A stretch of 64,000 bases of DNA from Schizosaccharomyces osmophilus (Eukaryota): assembly GCF_027921745.1 (NCBI RefSeq), contig NC_079240.1, positions 992,001 through 1,056,000 of the forward strand, given 5' to 3'. Under the pieces are notes generated by a model. That model worked only from the letters and a program-made list of their open reading frames with translations. It did no database searches and was not told the DNA's origin. Shown here piece by piece: positions 12,743 through 24,300 of this stretch; the stretch's first letter is position 1, and every line of letters begins with the position of its first letter. A program made the translations under genes and the position numbers.

Positions 12743-13072
12743 GTTTTCTAGGAGAACTAAATCTTCTGTGAAGCTTCGTTAGCAAAGTTTTTCTATTTCA
12801 AAACGCCCAGACTCATACCAATTCGTATTCTAGCCGTTAAATATTATCAGGTCGTATATTAATTAACGTATTCCCGAATCCATAACAAGAGTCATATATT
12901 GTTGACTATCGAAAGAATTTTTTGTGATTTGGTGGAATGGTAAGTGATGAGTAGTTACTAGTATTGGCTACACCTAAACGCGACTTTGAAGAAAAGCATC
13001 TTTGAGTCGAATTTTGACTGTTGGATAATTTAAAGGTAATTTTAGAGAAAAAGTATTGTATATTTATTTAAA

Positions 13073-13711
13073 ATGGGAGATGCCCGAGATTTACTTCAAA
13101 GAATCAAGCAAGAAAGAGCCGGAGTGAAACGGGTGCGAAGTGACTCAATTCAAGAAAATAAAAAACAAAAAGCTTTACCAAATGATAATAACAAAAAAAT
13201 TACAAAATATGAAGTTTCGCCAGACAGCATTTCTCAAGCAAGATTGAAGCCTTCTAACGATGAAATTGCCAAAAGTCAGGCCAAAACCAGCTTACCAGAT
13301 GACTTTTTTGATGAATCCGTACCAAAAAATGAAAATCTTATTAATGAGGAATGGTCTTTTTTCCAAAACGAAATTAATGGCATCGAACAGCAAGCAACAC
13401 AGAAGGAGTCTTTGCTCCAAGAAGAAGAACTCAGAAAGCAAAGTGAAGCATCTGATTTAAAAGAAAAAGAGCCTTCAAATGACCAGGCTTTGTCTGATGA
13501 AGTGGATACTAATTTACATCCTGATGATTATGACGCTCTCTACCTCGAAGACTCAAATCACGATTATAGAGGGAAGCTCTCCTTAATAATAAAAAGCTTC
13601 CAAAACAAACAACAGGAATCTTTGGAATCGGCAACAAATGTTTATGATGAAGAATCAGAAGGTTCTATAATAGACGATAGTTCTTTGTGGGGCTTTCAAG
13701 AAAACACATAA
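13073..13711 (+). CDS. 212-aa low-complexity/coiled-coil protein; candidate zinc-finger-less ZNF830/CCDC16 homologue
   Basis: Intact ORF with AAAATG context, divergent from bye1; motifs MGDARDLL, LPDDFFD, EEWSFFQ and an acidic tail with a Trp. Confidence 0.8.
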   Translation: MGDARDLLQRIKQERAGVKRVRSDSIQENKKQKALPNDNNKKITKYEVSPDSISQARLKPSNDEIAKSQAKTSLPDDFFDESVPKNENLINEEWSFFQNEINGIEQQATQKESLLQEEELRKQSEASDLKEKEPSNDQALSDEVDTNLHPDDYDALYLEDSNHDYRGKLSLIIKSFQNKQQESLESATNVYDEESEGSIIDDSSLWGFQENT

Positions 13712-13763
13712 AGTTTATTACACATGAAAAAGTGCGGTGGAAATTTGTATTTGTGTTGTTTTC

Positions 13764-13835
13764 GATTTGTTTGTTTACTAGAACAAGGTGCTGCAGGTTT
13801 ATATGCGCCTGTTCTCCATAGATCCTTTGTAAACA
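13764..13835. promoter_or_regulatory. FLEX/forkhead (Mei4-type) elements upstream of mug117
   Basis: GATTTGTTTGTTTAC 13764-13778 (reverse complement GTAAACAAACAAATC) plus GTAAACA 13829-13835. Confidence 0.7.
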
Positions 13836-13858
13836 TAGTATCCTTATAATAATTACCA

Positions 13859-14401
13859 ATGCGCCAGGAAATGTTTATTAGTTTCGTCATTTCATTAATT
13901 CAGGTTTGTCAGTCGTTTGCTTCACCGATCTCAAAAGATGCGAACGATTTTAATCCAACGGATCATTATGCTCCTACGAAAAATTTGAAGGAGAAAAAAA
14001 GCTTGTTTAATTTCCTTGGTTATGACAATTCCGTTTTCCCTAATGATTGCAAAGGCTCAATGTTATGCCCTATGCTACGAGGCGAAAGTCGAGCCTGTCC
14101 TTATGCTTATATGAAGTACAATCGTACACTAATATATCATGGGTACACCTCCTATACAGCGAACTGGTGTACTGCGATATACAAATGTGACGGTGACTAT
14201 CCTAGCCGCACGGGTAACGAAATCATAGAGCAATTTGATCAACTTGATTTACAATGTGCTTCTTGTGGAACTCGACACTTTGAAGATGAATCGACCGGAA
14301 CGCGCTGTTATGTGCGACTTAATTACTGTTACCCTGATTGTACAGAACTTCTACCTGAAACTACAGAATATGAGTACAAAGAGCCTGTTCGAGATTGGTA
14401 A
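13859..14401 (+). CDS. mug117: Secreted cysteine-rich Mug117-family protein with KP4-like motifs (180 aa)
   Basis: N-terminal signal peptide, 10 Cys in the mature domain, CKGSMLC, CASCGT, VRLNYC; position between the orphan ORF and cca2 as recalled for S. pombe. Confidence 0.8.
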   Translation: MRQEMFISFVISLIQVCQSFASPISKDANDFNPTDHYAPTKNLKEKKSLFNFLGYDNSVFPNDCKGSMLCPMLRGESRACPYAYMKYNRTLIYHGYTSYTANWCTAIYKCDGDYPSRTGNEIIEQFDQLDLQCASCGTRHFEDESTGTRCYVRLNYCYPDCTELLPETTEYEYKEPVRDW

Positions 14402-14481
14402 AAATATATAAATGTCTATTGATCTGCCATCTCGAACCATGAGCAGACGCACTAAATCCGCGCTTGCTCTGTGTTTCAATT

Positions 14482-15993
14482 TTATTTCCCTTCCATGATC
14501 TCTTTTAAAGACCGTAAGTATGTAATTAGATCATTGACTGTTCCTTCTGGATTTTCAAATTGCCAAGAAATCATTTGTTCCATGATTGTCTTCAGCTCAG
14601 GGCCTGGTTTAATTTCCATCTTTTCAATGATTTGCTTTCCCTAATCACTGTTAGTATATAATACAGAAATAAACCTACATACGTCTAACAATGGTTTCAC
14701 TTCGTAGCTTTTTTGTAGGTTCTGATCGTAAATTAAGTTGTACAGCTTCGAGAACTTCTCAAACACGTTGGCTAACTGTGCATCTTCTTGTTTGCAGTAT
14801 GAGTATAAAAGGGAAGAAAGAAAAACAATAGTCCAATTTTTTCCAACCTGACGAATCACATTTCCGAGTTCGCTTCGAGAAGCCTTAGCTAAGTCGTTTG
14901 CTAGAGTATCAAACACATCAGCGTATAAACAGTTCGTATTTAGTTGAGTGACAACATGATTGTTTAGTTTTAAATTATCTCTAGCTAAAGCTGCTGGTAT
15001 ATAAGTTAGTTTCTTCTTTTGAATAATAGATTGCTGAGCCCAAGGAAGCAAAGCAGCGAACAGCCAAATAGAAAATCGGTCATCATCACTCAAGGATGGG
15101 ATTCTAGAAAAGAGTTCCTGAAATTGTTTAAAAAGATAGACCACGGATTCAGTGGCTTTTTGAGGAACTTCATTCTTTCCTTCGGGTACAGGGCCAAACA
15201 TAAAAGAGGATGCATTGGAGGAATATATTAGATGGAGTGAAAGATCTGGATTTGGTCCTCGCAACATTTTTTCAACTTCTTCACCGACACGTTCTTTACT
15301 GACCTTTATGTTAAAGGCTTTTTGGACTCCGAGATTTTGTATAGCATCATGAAGAGAAGGGTCAAGTGCAAAGTTAAATCTAGAAGCAAATCTTAAACCG
15401 CGCAGGATTCTGAGAGGGTCTTCTAAAAAGGATCGAATTGGTGAGATAGGTGTAACCAAATTTTTATTTTTTAAATCAGCGAATCCACGTTTCGTAATGT
15501 CCTCAATTTGTTCGCTTCGAATGTTATAAAACAAAGAGTTTACAGTAAAGTCACGACGGTAAGTATCTGTTTCTATGGTACCTTGTCGAACAACAGGAAT
15601 ACGACTCTTGTCGTCATAGGTTTCTTCTCGTAAACCGACAAAATCAATGTCTAATCCATAAAGCGTAAGTGTCGCTGTTTCTAAATGCTTGCTTTGGTCT
15701 GGATTGACAGTCAATTTTCCAATCGACTGTTTGTAAGGAACGGCAGTTTTTGGGTCCAACATATTTACATATTCCAAGATAGCTTTTGCAAAATCAATAC
15801 CGTTGATTTTCTTCAACGTTACATCTAAATCATCGCTAGAAAGCCCCAGCAGTTTATCACGTACCCAACCACCTGCTAAACGTACCTCAACATGTGCGTT
15901 TGTACCATGACCTTGTTCAATGAATTCGGCCGTTTTTTTTAAAAGATGAACAACACTTTTTTCTACATCACTCAGAATAAGTTTACTGGTCAT
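14482..15993 (-). CDS. cca2: Class II tRNA nucleotidyltransferase, A-adding Cca2 type (~489 aa); exons 15993-14683, 14640-14482
   Basis: AGGWVRDKLLG..DLD, RRDFTVNSL, EDPLRILRGLRFA. Intron GTATGT..CTAAC..TAG restores KPLLDGKQI..PGPELK. The cca2 identity comes from recalled synteny. Confidence 0.88.
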
Positions 15994-16341
15994 TCTCTTG
16001 TAGTTTTGCTAGGTTCTATTTGAGATTGATAAGTTTTCAGATATCCATAAGTCAGACGTCGTCAAAGATTGAGTAGTAGACAAACTTGTTTGAGTAGTAG
16101 TATTTGATGCCCGAAGGGTTTGATTTTGAGATAGAAAAAGAATAAAATTACTTTCTGTAATTATTTTAATTATAAAATCAGTATTGTACCATAGTCATTA
16201 TCTGATCAAATGCTGCGGGAATATGAAGGAGCATATGTAAGGGAAGAAGAAACGAAAATAAGGAAATGACAAAAGAGAAGGGAAGAGAGTACGGGGAAAA
16301 TGTATTCTTTTTTGGAACGAAACCATAGGGGCTTAAGGAGC

Positions 16342-16713
16342 TTATTTCTTTTTCAAAAAGTTGGAAGTACGAATTGCGTTCTTGCGGGAGCGACTTAAAG
16401 CAGCACTAGTGTCTGAAGCAGGAGCATCTAATAGAGTCCAAAGCCATTCTGGATATTCATGATCCTCTTTGGCTACAGGGTCAATGCCTCCGGCTTTGAT
16501 ATTGAGGTTTTTGAGAATTGTACCAGCCAGTACGGAACTAGCAGGATGGGAAGGCGAAGAACCATCGCTTGTATCTTTGTTGACTTCAGTCTTTTTTTGG
16601 GTTTCATTTTGTACTAACTGAGAACAATGAAACTCTCGACGAAAACAGCTATTCGCGACTAACGGCAAAGCAGATCGCTGAACAAGAATACGAGATGAAC
16701 GAAGGCAAAGCAT
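16342..16713 (-). CDS. mrpl37: Mitochondrial ribosomal protein mL54/MrpL37 (123 aa)
   Basis: Arg/Ser-rich presequence; LNIKAGGIDPVAKEDHEYPEWLWTLL; terminal NFLKKK. Confidence 0.92.
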   Translation of the reverse strand: MLCLRSSRILVQRSALPLVANSCFRREFHCSQLVQNETQKKTEVNKDTSDGSSPSHPASSVLAGTILKNLNIKAGGIDPVAKEDHEYPEWLWTLLDAPASDTSAALSRSRKNAIRTSNFLKKK

Positions 16714-17389
16714 AGCTTAGTATCTTGTGTGAGATTTAATAAAAGAGGAAAAGTAAAAAAGAAAGTATGTTGTCTTGAAACGGACGGCTTTAAAAAACCC
16801 AAGCAATTAAACTCTGCGAAATCCCAGAATCCGATGAAATCAAGAAGAAAAAAATACCAAAGCAAAATGTAATTCAATAGTTTTCAAATTAAAAATCCCC
16901 AAAAAATTCGTTAAGCCCAAATTTAAAGGTTCTCTTGAAGAGCTAACGATAGTAGTTCGTAGTCTATAGGACAAGTCGAAAGGGTAGTATTCATCAATCC
17001 CAAAAACGCGAGAAAAGAGACAAAAATATCAAAACCATTGCATTGAAGTAAACAGAAGAACTTTATATCATGTTTTTCTCCATGAAACGTCGAAAACGCG
17101 ACGCAAACCATTTCTTTACAAAAAAGCAAATAAGCAAGTCCCGAGGCGTGTTTCCATTCCGCTTATTTTCCTTTTAGTTTTTCTTTTATTCAAAATAACT
17201 CTTAGAGAGTCTCTTTCTTTCTTTTTAACCAATTTCTTGCTATTGCAAGTTACTCTGGAATCAAAACAATAAACACCATAAAGAACGAAATTACAGCTAC
17301 AAAGAACAAGAGAAAATGCTTCCTTCTTTATTGTAGCGAATTGTGTGTAACGGAGTTCTTTTAATTCAAAAATAAAAAGAATTTCTTGA

Positions 17390-17484
17390 CGACAACGGCA
17401 GGATTCGAACCTGCGCTCCCAGAGGGAATCCGCTGGGCTACTTGATAGCAGGCGAACGCCTTAAAACCACTCGGCCACGTTGTC
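17390..17484 (-). tRNA. tRNA-Ser(GCU) with 11-nt intron
   Basis: GACAACG/CGTTGTC acceptor stem; anticodon arm TTCGC-CT-GCT-A-[TCAAGTAGCCC]-A-GCGGA; long variable arm; GGTTCGAATCC B box; upstream TATA and downstream T run. Confidence 0.95.
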
Positions 17485-18508
17485 TTAACCTGCTTTTAAC
17501 AGTAAAAAGCAATATATATAAGGTATTTAGGTATGAAATAACAGTAGTAACTATATATAAGCAAAAGAATTAAACTGGGTAGCTGATTTTGACCATTGTT
17601 TGGTAATGGTATTGATTGGATTTTATTTATACTGCTTTTTTCTCAAATTCTAAAGACTGAAGACGCTTTTGCACAAAAATGCAACTCATAGGTTGAGTCT
17701 GGTAAAGTTTCACTCGGTATACGTGACTTCGTATGTAGAATGAGAATAAGTCTTATCCGTTTATGATAAAAATATCAAATGATTGTTGTTCATGTGTTTT
17801 TCTTGAACAAGCGAAATGATCGTTTCATACAGTATTGTACAGACCATCTTCTAAAAAAATGGAGATCCTATTAAAGAGGTTTCCTTAGAAAATGGCAGCA
17901 GGAAAAGGATATTTTCGAATTCTGATTTCCTTTCCAGTGAAAAAATTAGCTGAAATGCTGATTTTTTAAAAAGGAAGAAGCTTAATCATTTAACTAGTCC
18001 TCTCATTGAGGAATACAGCAGACTAGGGGACCGTTTATAGCTGTAAACAAACCACGAAAAAGCAGGAGCACTCTTTATTCTTTTAGGCAAAGAAAATCAA
18101 ACAAGTATTGTTATTTTGAACATAAATTGACAGATTTGCTGGTCAAGTTCGGTGCTATATTTCCTCGTGTGTATATCCCCACATAAGCAACCGTGTATTC
18201 TATGGTACACATGCAGCAAAAAAGAAAAAGAGAGAGAGATTCAATAAAACCAATTTAAAAATTGCAATCCTACCTCGTAAAAGTAAAAGTAAGCCACAAA
18301 GAACGCAAATCCACCAAGAAAGCACATCTTATATTTCTAGGATTATCGTACTTACAAAAGAGTCTATACGCCAATTATCTTTTGCATTCTTCGACTAAAC
18401 TATTCTTATTTTTGTTCCTTTTCTACTGTCTTTCTATTGTATAAAAGCGGCTACGTTTCCACCATCTAATCATTCCATCCTTTACCAAAACCTTCCATTC
18501 ATAAGAAA

Positions 18509-21130
18509 ATGAGTGAATATGTATCTTCTATGATTAAATACGCTCATAGCGGTGATAGTTTTACTATTTTGGTAAAGAATACCTTGAAACAAATCAACGA
18601 AAAGCAGTTTTCTCTTGCTTACATTGACTGCCCTCGTTTTCGGAAAGAAGGTGACGAGCCCTTTGCTTTTGAGGCTCAAGAACATGCACGACGTCTTGTT
18701 GTAGGACGCCCTGCTTCAACATGTACGTTCAATGTTGCTCCCACTACCAAGCGTGAATACGGTTGCATCCGTACTGATGATTTGGATCTGACTGAATCTT
18801 TATTACGCGCTGGTCTAGCCAAGCTTCGTCCTGAAGCAGTTCGTAGAGAATCCGCTCATGAAAACCCCTATTTCAAAGGTTTAGAGGAAGCTCAAAGCGC
18901 TGCTCAAGAAAGCAAACTTGGTGTATGGAGTAATCTAGAAGATGCTGTTCAAACAGAAAAGGCCGTCCCCGCTGATATTCCAAAATTCATGAAACGAAAC
19001 CAAAAGAAGAAATTGAAAGGTGTTATTGAAAATATCCGTGATGGCGATCAATTGCGGGTGCGCCTTCTCTTGAAGCCCAGACGCCATCAGTACATTAATG
19101 TTTCACTTGCTGGTGTCCGTTGTCCTCGGGCTACTCATACCTATGGTGACCAACCACCTACCGAAGAAGAGCCTTTTGGCAATGCTGCAAGACAATTTGT
19201 CGAAACAAGACTTTTACAAAGAAACGTGGTTATTGAATTGTTGGGTGTGACACCAAACAACACTGGCTTCATCGCGAACGTACTCCATCCCGCAGGAAAC
19301 ATTGCACACGTGCTGCTTTCTGGTGGTCTTGGCCGTGTCGCCGACCTTCATAGCATCAATCTTGGTCCAGAAGCCATGCAGAATTTGCGTGCTATTGAAC
19401 GTAAAGCGAAGACGAGCAATTTAGGGATTTGGAAGAATGTTAAGTTACCCAATGTTGGCTCACTTTCTCTCCGCGACTATTCAGGCACCGTTTCTCGTGT
19501 GATATCCACCGATACTCTTGAAGTACGTCGCGATGATGGTTCAGATGCTAGACTCCAACTCAGCAGTATACGCCATCCCAGACCCTCCAACGAGAAAGAA
19601 GCTCCTTATCAATTTGATGCCCGTGAATTCTTCCGTAAGAAAACTGTCGGCAAGCGAGTTAATGTTTCTCTTGATTTTGTTCGTCCTGCCCAAAACGGAT
19701 TACCCGAGATTAATGCTTGCACTGTTACTTTGAGTGATGGAACAAACCTTGCTATGCTGGCCGTTGAAAATGGTTATGCTTCCGTTTTGAGACACAGAGC
19801 TGATGATGTTGATCGTTCTCCATTTTATGATCATCTGATTCAAGCCGAAAAAAGTGCTCAAGAAGCTAAGAAAGGCATGTGGTCTGGAAAGAAGCCTCGA
19901 TACGACGCAATCGTTAACGCTTCAGAAACTCCTTTAAAATCTCGCCAGTACCTTTCATCCCTTCAAAGAAACAGAAAGCTTCCTGTAGTTATCGATAACG
20001 TTATTAGTGGTTCGCGCTTCCGCTGTTTCTGTCCAAAGGAAAACTGTTTCTTTATGTTTGCTTGTGCTGGAATTCGTACCCCTCGAACTGCTCGTAATGC
20101 CCAAGACAAGGAAGAGCCTTTTGCAACTGAATCTTTCAACCTTGCTAAATCATTATTACAACAGGAGGTCGAAGTTGAAGTTCTTTCGGTCGACAATAAC
20201 TCTTGTTTCTTGGGTGATTTGATTGTCAATCGAACCTCTAATTTTGCTTTAAATTTATTGACCGATGGCTTGGCCTGGTGTCAAGGTTATTCTAACCAAT
20301 CAAACGTTCAATATAACCAATACCATGATGCTGAATTCTCTTCAAAGGAAAAGAAAATTGGTATGTGGCATAATTATGCACCTGAAGTAGCCCAGAAAAA
20401 GACCGAGGTACCTTCTAATCCTGCTACTCCTGAACCAATGTATTTGGATGTTGCACTTAGTGATATTGCTGATGATGGAAAGTTTTCATTCCAAGTTGCT
20501 GGCCCCAACATTCAAGAGTTAGAAAACTTGATGTCCGAGCTCTCCGATCATAAAAAAACCGCTCGATCATTGGATCACTATAATGTAGGAATGAACGTTG
20601 CTGCTATTTCTACTCTTGATAATGCAATCTATCGTGGAAAAATTTTGCGTTGTAACAGAGAAAATCTGAATGCTGACGTTTTGTTGTACGACTACGGCAG
20701 TGTCGAACAAATTCCTTTCAAAAATTTGCTTGCGCTTCCTGAAAAATTCTCAAAGTTGAAGCCCCAAGCTCAACTTTCCCGTCTTACATTTGTCCAGCTT
20801 CCCCCTTCTAACTCTGATTATTACGAAGATGCCAGGCTCGTTTTTAGTGAGCTTGCTATGAACAAAGGCCTCGTTGCTAAGATCGATGGAAAGACAGACA
20901 ATGTTGCTTCTGTAACTCTTTACAACCCCAGTGATGGCGCTGATTTTTCGGACTGTATCAACACCCAGTTGGTTGCCCTTGGTATGGCTAGTGTTACGCC
21001 TAAAAGAAAACTAGCACCATTTGAGAAAGATACTGCTAGCCTGAACATTTTGCAAGATTGCCAGCAACAAGCACGCCTTAATCATATTGGCATGTGGGTA
21101 TATGGTGACCCTCTCGAATACGAGGAATAA
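18509..21130 (+). CDS. snd1: Tudor staphylococcal nuclease Snd1 (873 aa)
   Basis: Four SNase repeats (GD..; EPF..; G[IMV]W), then Tudor/SN5, ending GMWVYGD. Confidence 0.95.
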   Translation: MSEYVSSMIKYAHSGDSFTILVKNTLKQINEKQFSLAYIDCPRFRKEGDEPFAFEAQEHARRLVVGRPASTCTFNVAPTTKREYGCIRTDDLDLTESLLRAGLAKLRPEAVRRESAHENPYFKGLEEAQSAAQESKLGVWSNLEDAVQTEKAVPADIPKFMKRNQKKKLKGVIENIRDGDQLRVRLLLKPRRHQYINVSLAGVRCPRATHTYGDQPPTEEEPFGNAARQFVETRLLQRNVVIELLGVTPNNTGFIANVLHPAGNIAHVLLSGGLGRVADLHSINLGPEAMQNLRAIERKAKTSNLGIWKNVKLPNVGSLSLRDYSGTVSRVISTDTLEVRRDDGSDARLQLSSIRHPRPSNEKEAPYQFDAREFFRKKTVGKRVNVSLDFVRPAQNGLPEINACTVTLSDGTNLAMLAVENGYASVLRHRADDVDRSPFYDHLIQAEKSAQEAKKGMWSGKKPRYDAIVNASETPLKSRQYLSSLQRNRKLPVVIDNVISGSRFRCFCPKENCFFMFACAGIRTPRTARNAQDKEEPFATESFNLAKSLLQQEVEVEVLSVDNNSCFLGDLIVNRTSNFALNLLTDGLAWCQGYSNQSNVQYNQYHDAEFSSKEKKIGMWHNYAPEVAQKKTEVPSNPATPEPMYLDVALSDIADDGKFSFQVAGPNIQELENLMSELSDHKKTARSLDHYNVGMNVAAISTLDNAIYRGKILRCNRENLNADVLLYDYGSVEQIPFKNLLALPEKFSKLKPQAQLSRLTFVQLPPSNSDYYEDARLVFSELAMNKGLVAKIDGKTDNVASVTLYNPSDGADFSDCINTQLVALGMASVTPKRKLAPFEKDTASLNILQDCQQQARLNHIGMWVYGDPLEYEE

Positions 21131-21380
21131 AAAGTTTAGACTTTATGTTTAACGTTCTTTTTTACTTTTTGCTTCATAACATCCATTCTTTTTTGTGATA
21201 CCCGACGAATTACTAGTATTATTTACGACAAATTTATGCAAGCACAAAAACTTTTTATTCATCATTAAATTCATGCACCTTTAAAAACTAGATCTCGAAT
21301 AAAACATGAACCTAAATGTAACCCATAAAAAAATTAAACCTAAATAAATAGAACGAATGACATCGTTTTCATCATAATCC

Positions 21381-24300
21381 TCATTTGCTTGGAGTCAAAG
21401 CTTCGTTTACATGTACATTTGCATCGGCACTGGTAAGTCGAAGGGAACAGACGACACTTGTGTCAACATTATCTCTACGCTGATCACAAGCATAGAAAAT
21501 CTCACCGCCTTCTCCTAATTTTCCTCGTCCATCGGCAAGCAATCTGATATTATTACCGGGAATAACATGCACTAGTTCTGACGTTTCCACATGCCTAACT
21601 TCAATGAAAGTAGGCTCAAATGCTAGTATATATGGATAACTAAGAGCAAAGTTTTGAGGAGTGCCTTCCCAGACGACAAACCAAGTAGATCGAGAACGCC
21701 ATCCATCTCGATTCACAAAGAATGCGAATTGAGTATAACATAACAGAAATTCACCACCATTCATGCGATATATAGCAATTGGTTTCACATTTTCCTTGCG
21801 TTCGACAAATTCAAGCGACGTATCTGCAGGATCTAGAAGGGATTGAGTTTCTAGATTGTCAAGACTAACAACCTCAAAACCTCTTGTACATCCTACGCAA
21901 AGCTTATTCTTAAGGAAATGTACTGAAGTTGACTCTGTAGGGATGTAAAGTTCCTTAATTATTCGTAAAGGGTCTTGGTTTACTGCCAATAGCTTTTTAA
22001 AACTGGGCATGTTCTTTCCTTTAGCGAGATGTGGCACTGGTTCGAAGACTTTAATTGTAGCACTTAAAACCGAACTTTTAACTGCACAAACCAAGACTTG
22101 CCCGAGGCATATGCCAACACGGAAAAAGGTAGTATGCCCGCAAACTTTCCTAGGCTTTTTTGGAGCCTGATTTGAATCTGCCTCTATCATTTCTAATGGA
22201 TAGGAGTACAATGTTTTGTCAGATAACAAAAGTAGTAAATTGAATTCTTCAATAACTTCCAACTGAAATACATTGGACATATTGAGAGCTCGGACAGGCT
22301 TAAACTGAAGAAGAGTATTAGACTTACGAAGCGACACATATACGCCATAATCAGTTCCGTACAGCAACCGACGACCACTATCATAAACACCAATTGCATT
22401 GACTTTGTTATCACCAACGAAGAAATCGGATGATACCGTTACAGTCTCAAACCACTGACTTCTGTGTTGCAACAAAGTTTGCTGGCGATCAATATGTTCT
22501 AACCATTTATCACGACCTACTTCTGTTGAAGCATAAAGAGTGATTTCATATCCTCCCCTACCTAAAAGTTGCAAACTGAAAGGATGTAATCTTCCTGGCG
22601 GCTTTCCATTTGCAACTTTCGAGATCGCTGCAAGTTGACTCTTGTTAGAATAGGGAATTCGTGTTCCAGCTTCATCAAGTAAATATTGCTGCAAGAGCAA
22701 CAAAGGTATTGGTCTCTGGTAGACTTTGAATATTTCCCTTTTGTTAATAATTTTAGGCTTCACTATTAGCAGTGCATGGTCGAACAAAAACATGCTAACA
22801 TCCGAACTAGAATCCAAAGCACTAGAAGCTGCACTCCTTTTTTTAAGTGGTCCTTTAAAAATAAGCTGTCTATTGGCATCTAGAAGATGTAAATCATAAT
22901 GCTCTCCAGGCTTAAACACGAGCTGTTGATTTAAATGGAAGAGATTAAACTGGTTTTCGGCCTTTCCACTTTCTAAATTAAGACGAGAAAGGAATCCCCT
23001 GACAATACCCACTACTTTCGGTATATCCTGCTTATCAGGATTTCCCTCTTCAGTATACTTTAATACGGCCTCCAAAAGTAAAGGATACCTTGCTAATCGA
23101 GTAGTTGGTTTTGTTAAATATCCGTTTAACTCTAGTTTCCGAGACTCCTTCATTCGCTCAACATCGTAAACAAATTTGGCGAAAGCCGGATTGTTAGACT
23201 TCTCCTTTTCAAATTCGTACTTTCCGTATAATTGCCCGGCACCATAACGTATAAAAGGCTCGAATTTTGGCACATGCTCTAAAAACACATCGGCGATGTT
23301 ATCAACAATAGGTTTATAATTTTGTCTTCGGGTTAAAGCTTCAGCAAGTTTGGAGTTCACAGCTTGAACCTCTAGTGCGTTCAAAAAAACAGTACGAATA
23401 AACTTTTCTTTTTTCCGTTCATGTATACAGTTCGAAGCCCAAAGAGGTTTTATCCAATAATCACGTAAATATTCCAAATCCTTGACAAAGTCTCTCTCAG
23501 TATAAATAACCTCGCAAATTACTTCTTGCCTTTTTCGCTCACGTTCACTAACGCTGTTCGCAATTTCTTTAGAAACGCTATGAATCCATAACTTCTGTTC
23601 TTTGTCATCAAAAGTTAAGGATGATGACTGTTCAGCATTAGCACGCATCTTAGCAAACATGCGGTGCTGTTGTTCTAAGCGACGTGGACAAGAAATAGAA
23701 TAGCAAGGGTGATCTTTAGCACAGGTAGGAGAATAACAGCGAGTTAACAAAGTGAAAACACCATTGGGAAACCGTACATCTTCAATGGCTGAGGTAGAAT
23801 TTTGTATACCTGAATCATAATCTTCATTATAATCACGAGAAAAACGGTCCTTTGGGGAAGCTGCATCATGAGAAATAAGCCGACGGTAATTGATGCCTTG
23901 AAACTGGTAAATTTCTCGATGGGAATCACGAAGTCGATGGTCATATGTAACATCATGAATAAATTTCTGTGCGTCTAATGATCTACCAACAAGCAAAGCT
24001 AAGGTACGATCTGAGGTATGAATTATTCCCATAAGAAGTGCTACTGCGTAGTCTCCCGTAAAAGCATTGGAATAAACAAGGCCATCTTTGGAAATATCAT
24101 TAAGTTGTACTCGTGCCACCAATTCTTCAGCAACACGGGAAAGTATAGCTGCATATACTTTACGCCTTTTCTTAAGCTTTCCAGCAGGGGAGCTCCTTTC
24201 AGATGGAGTGAATGCAGTAGGACTGGAAGGATGAGTTGAAGGTTCAGAAATAGTTGCCGAATCGGATGACTTGTACGAACTTAAAGTGTAGGAACGCGCG

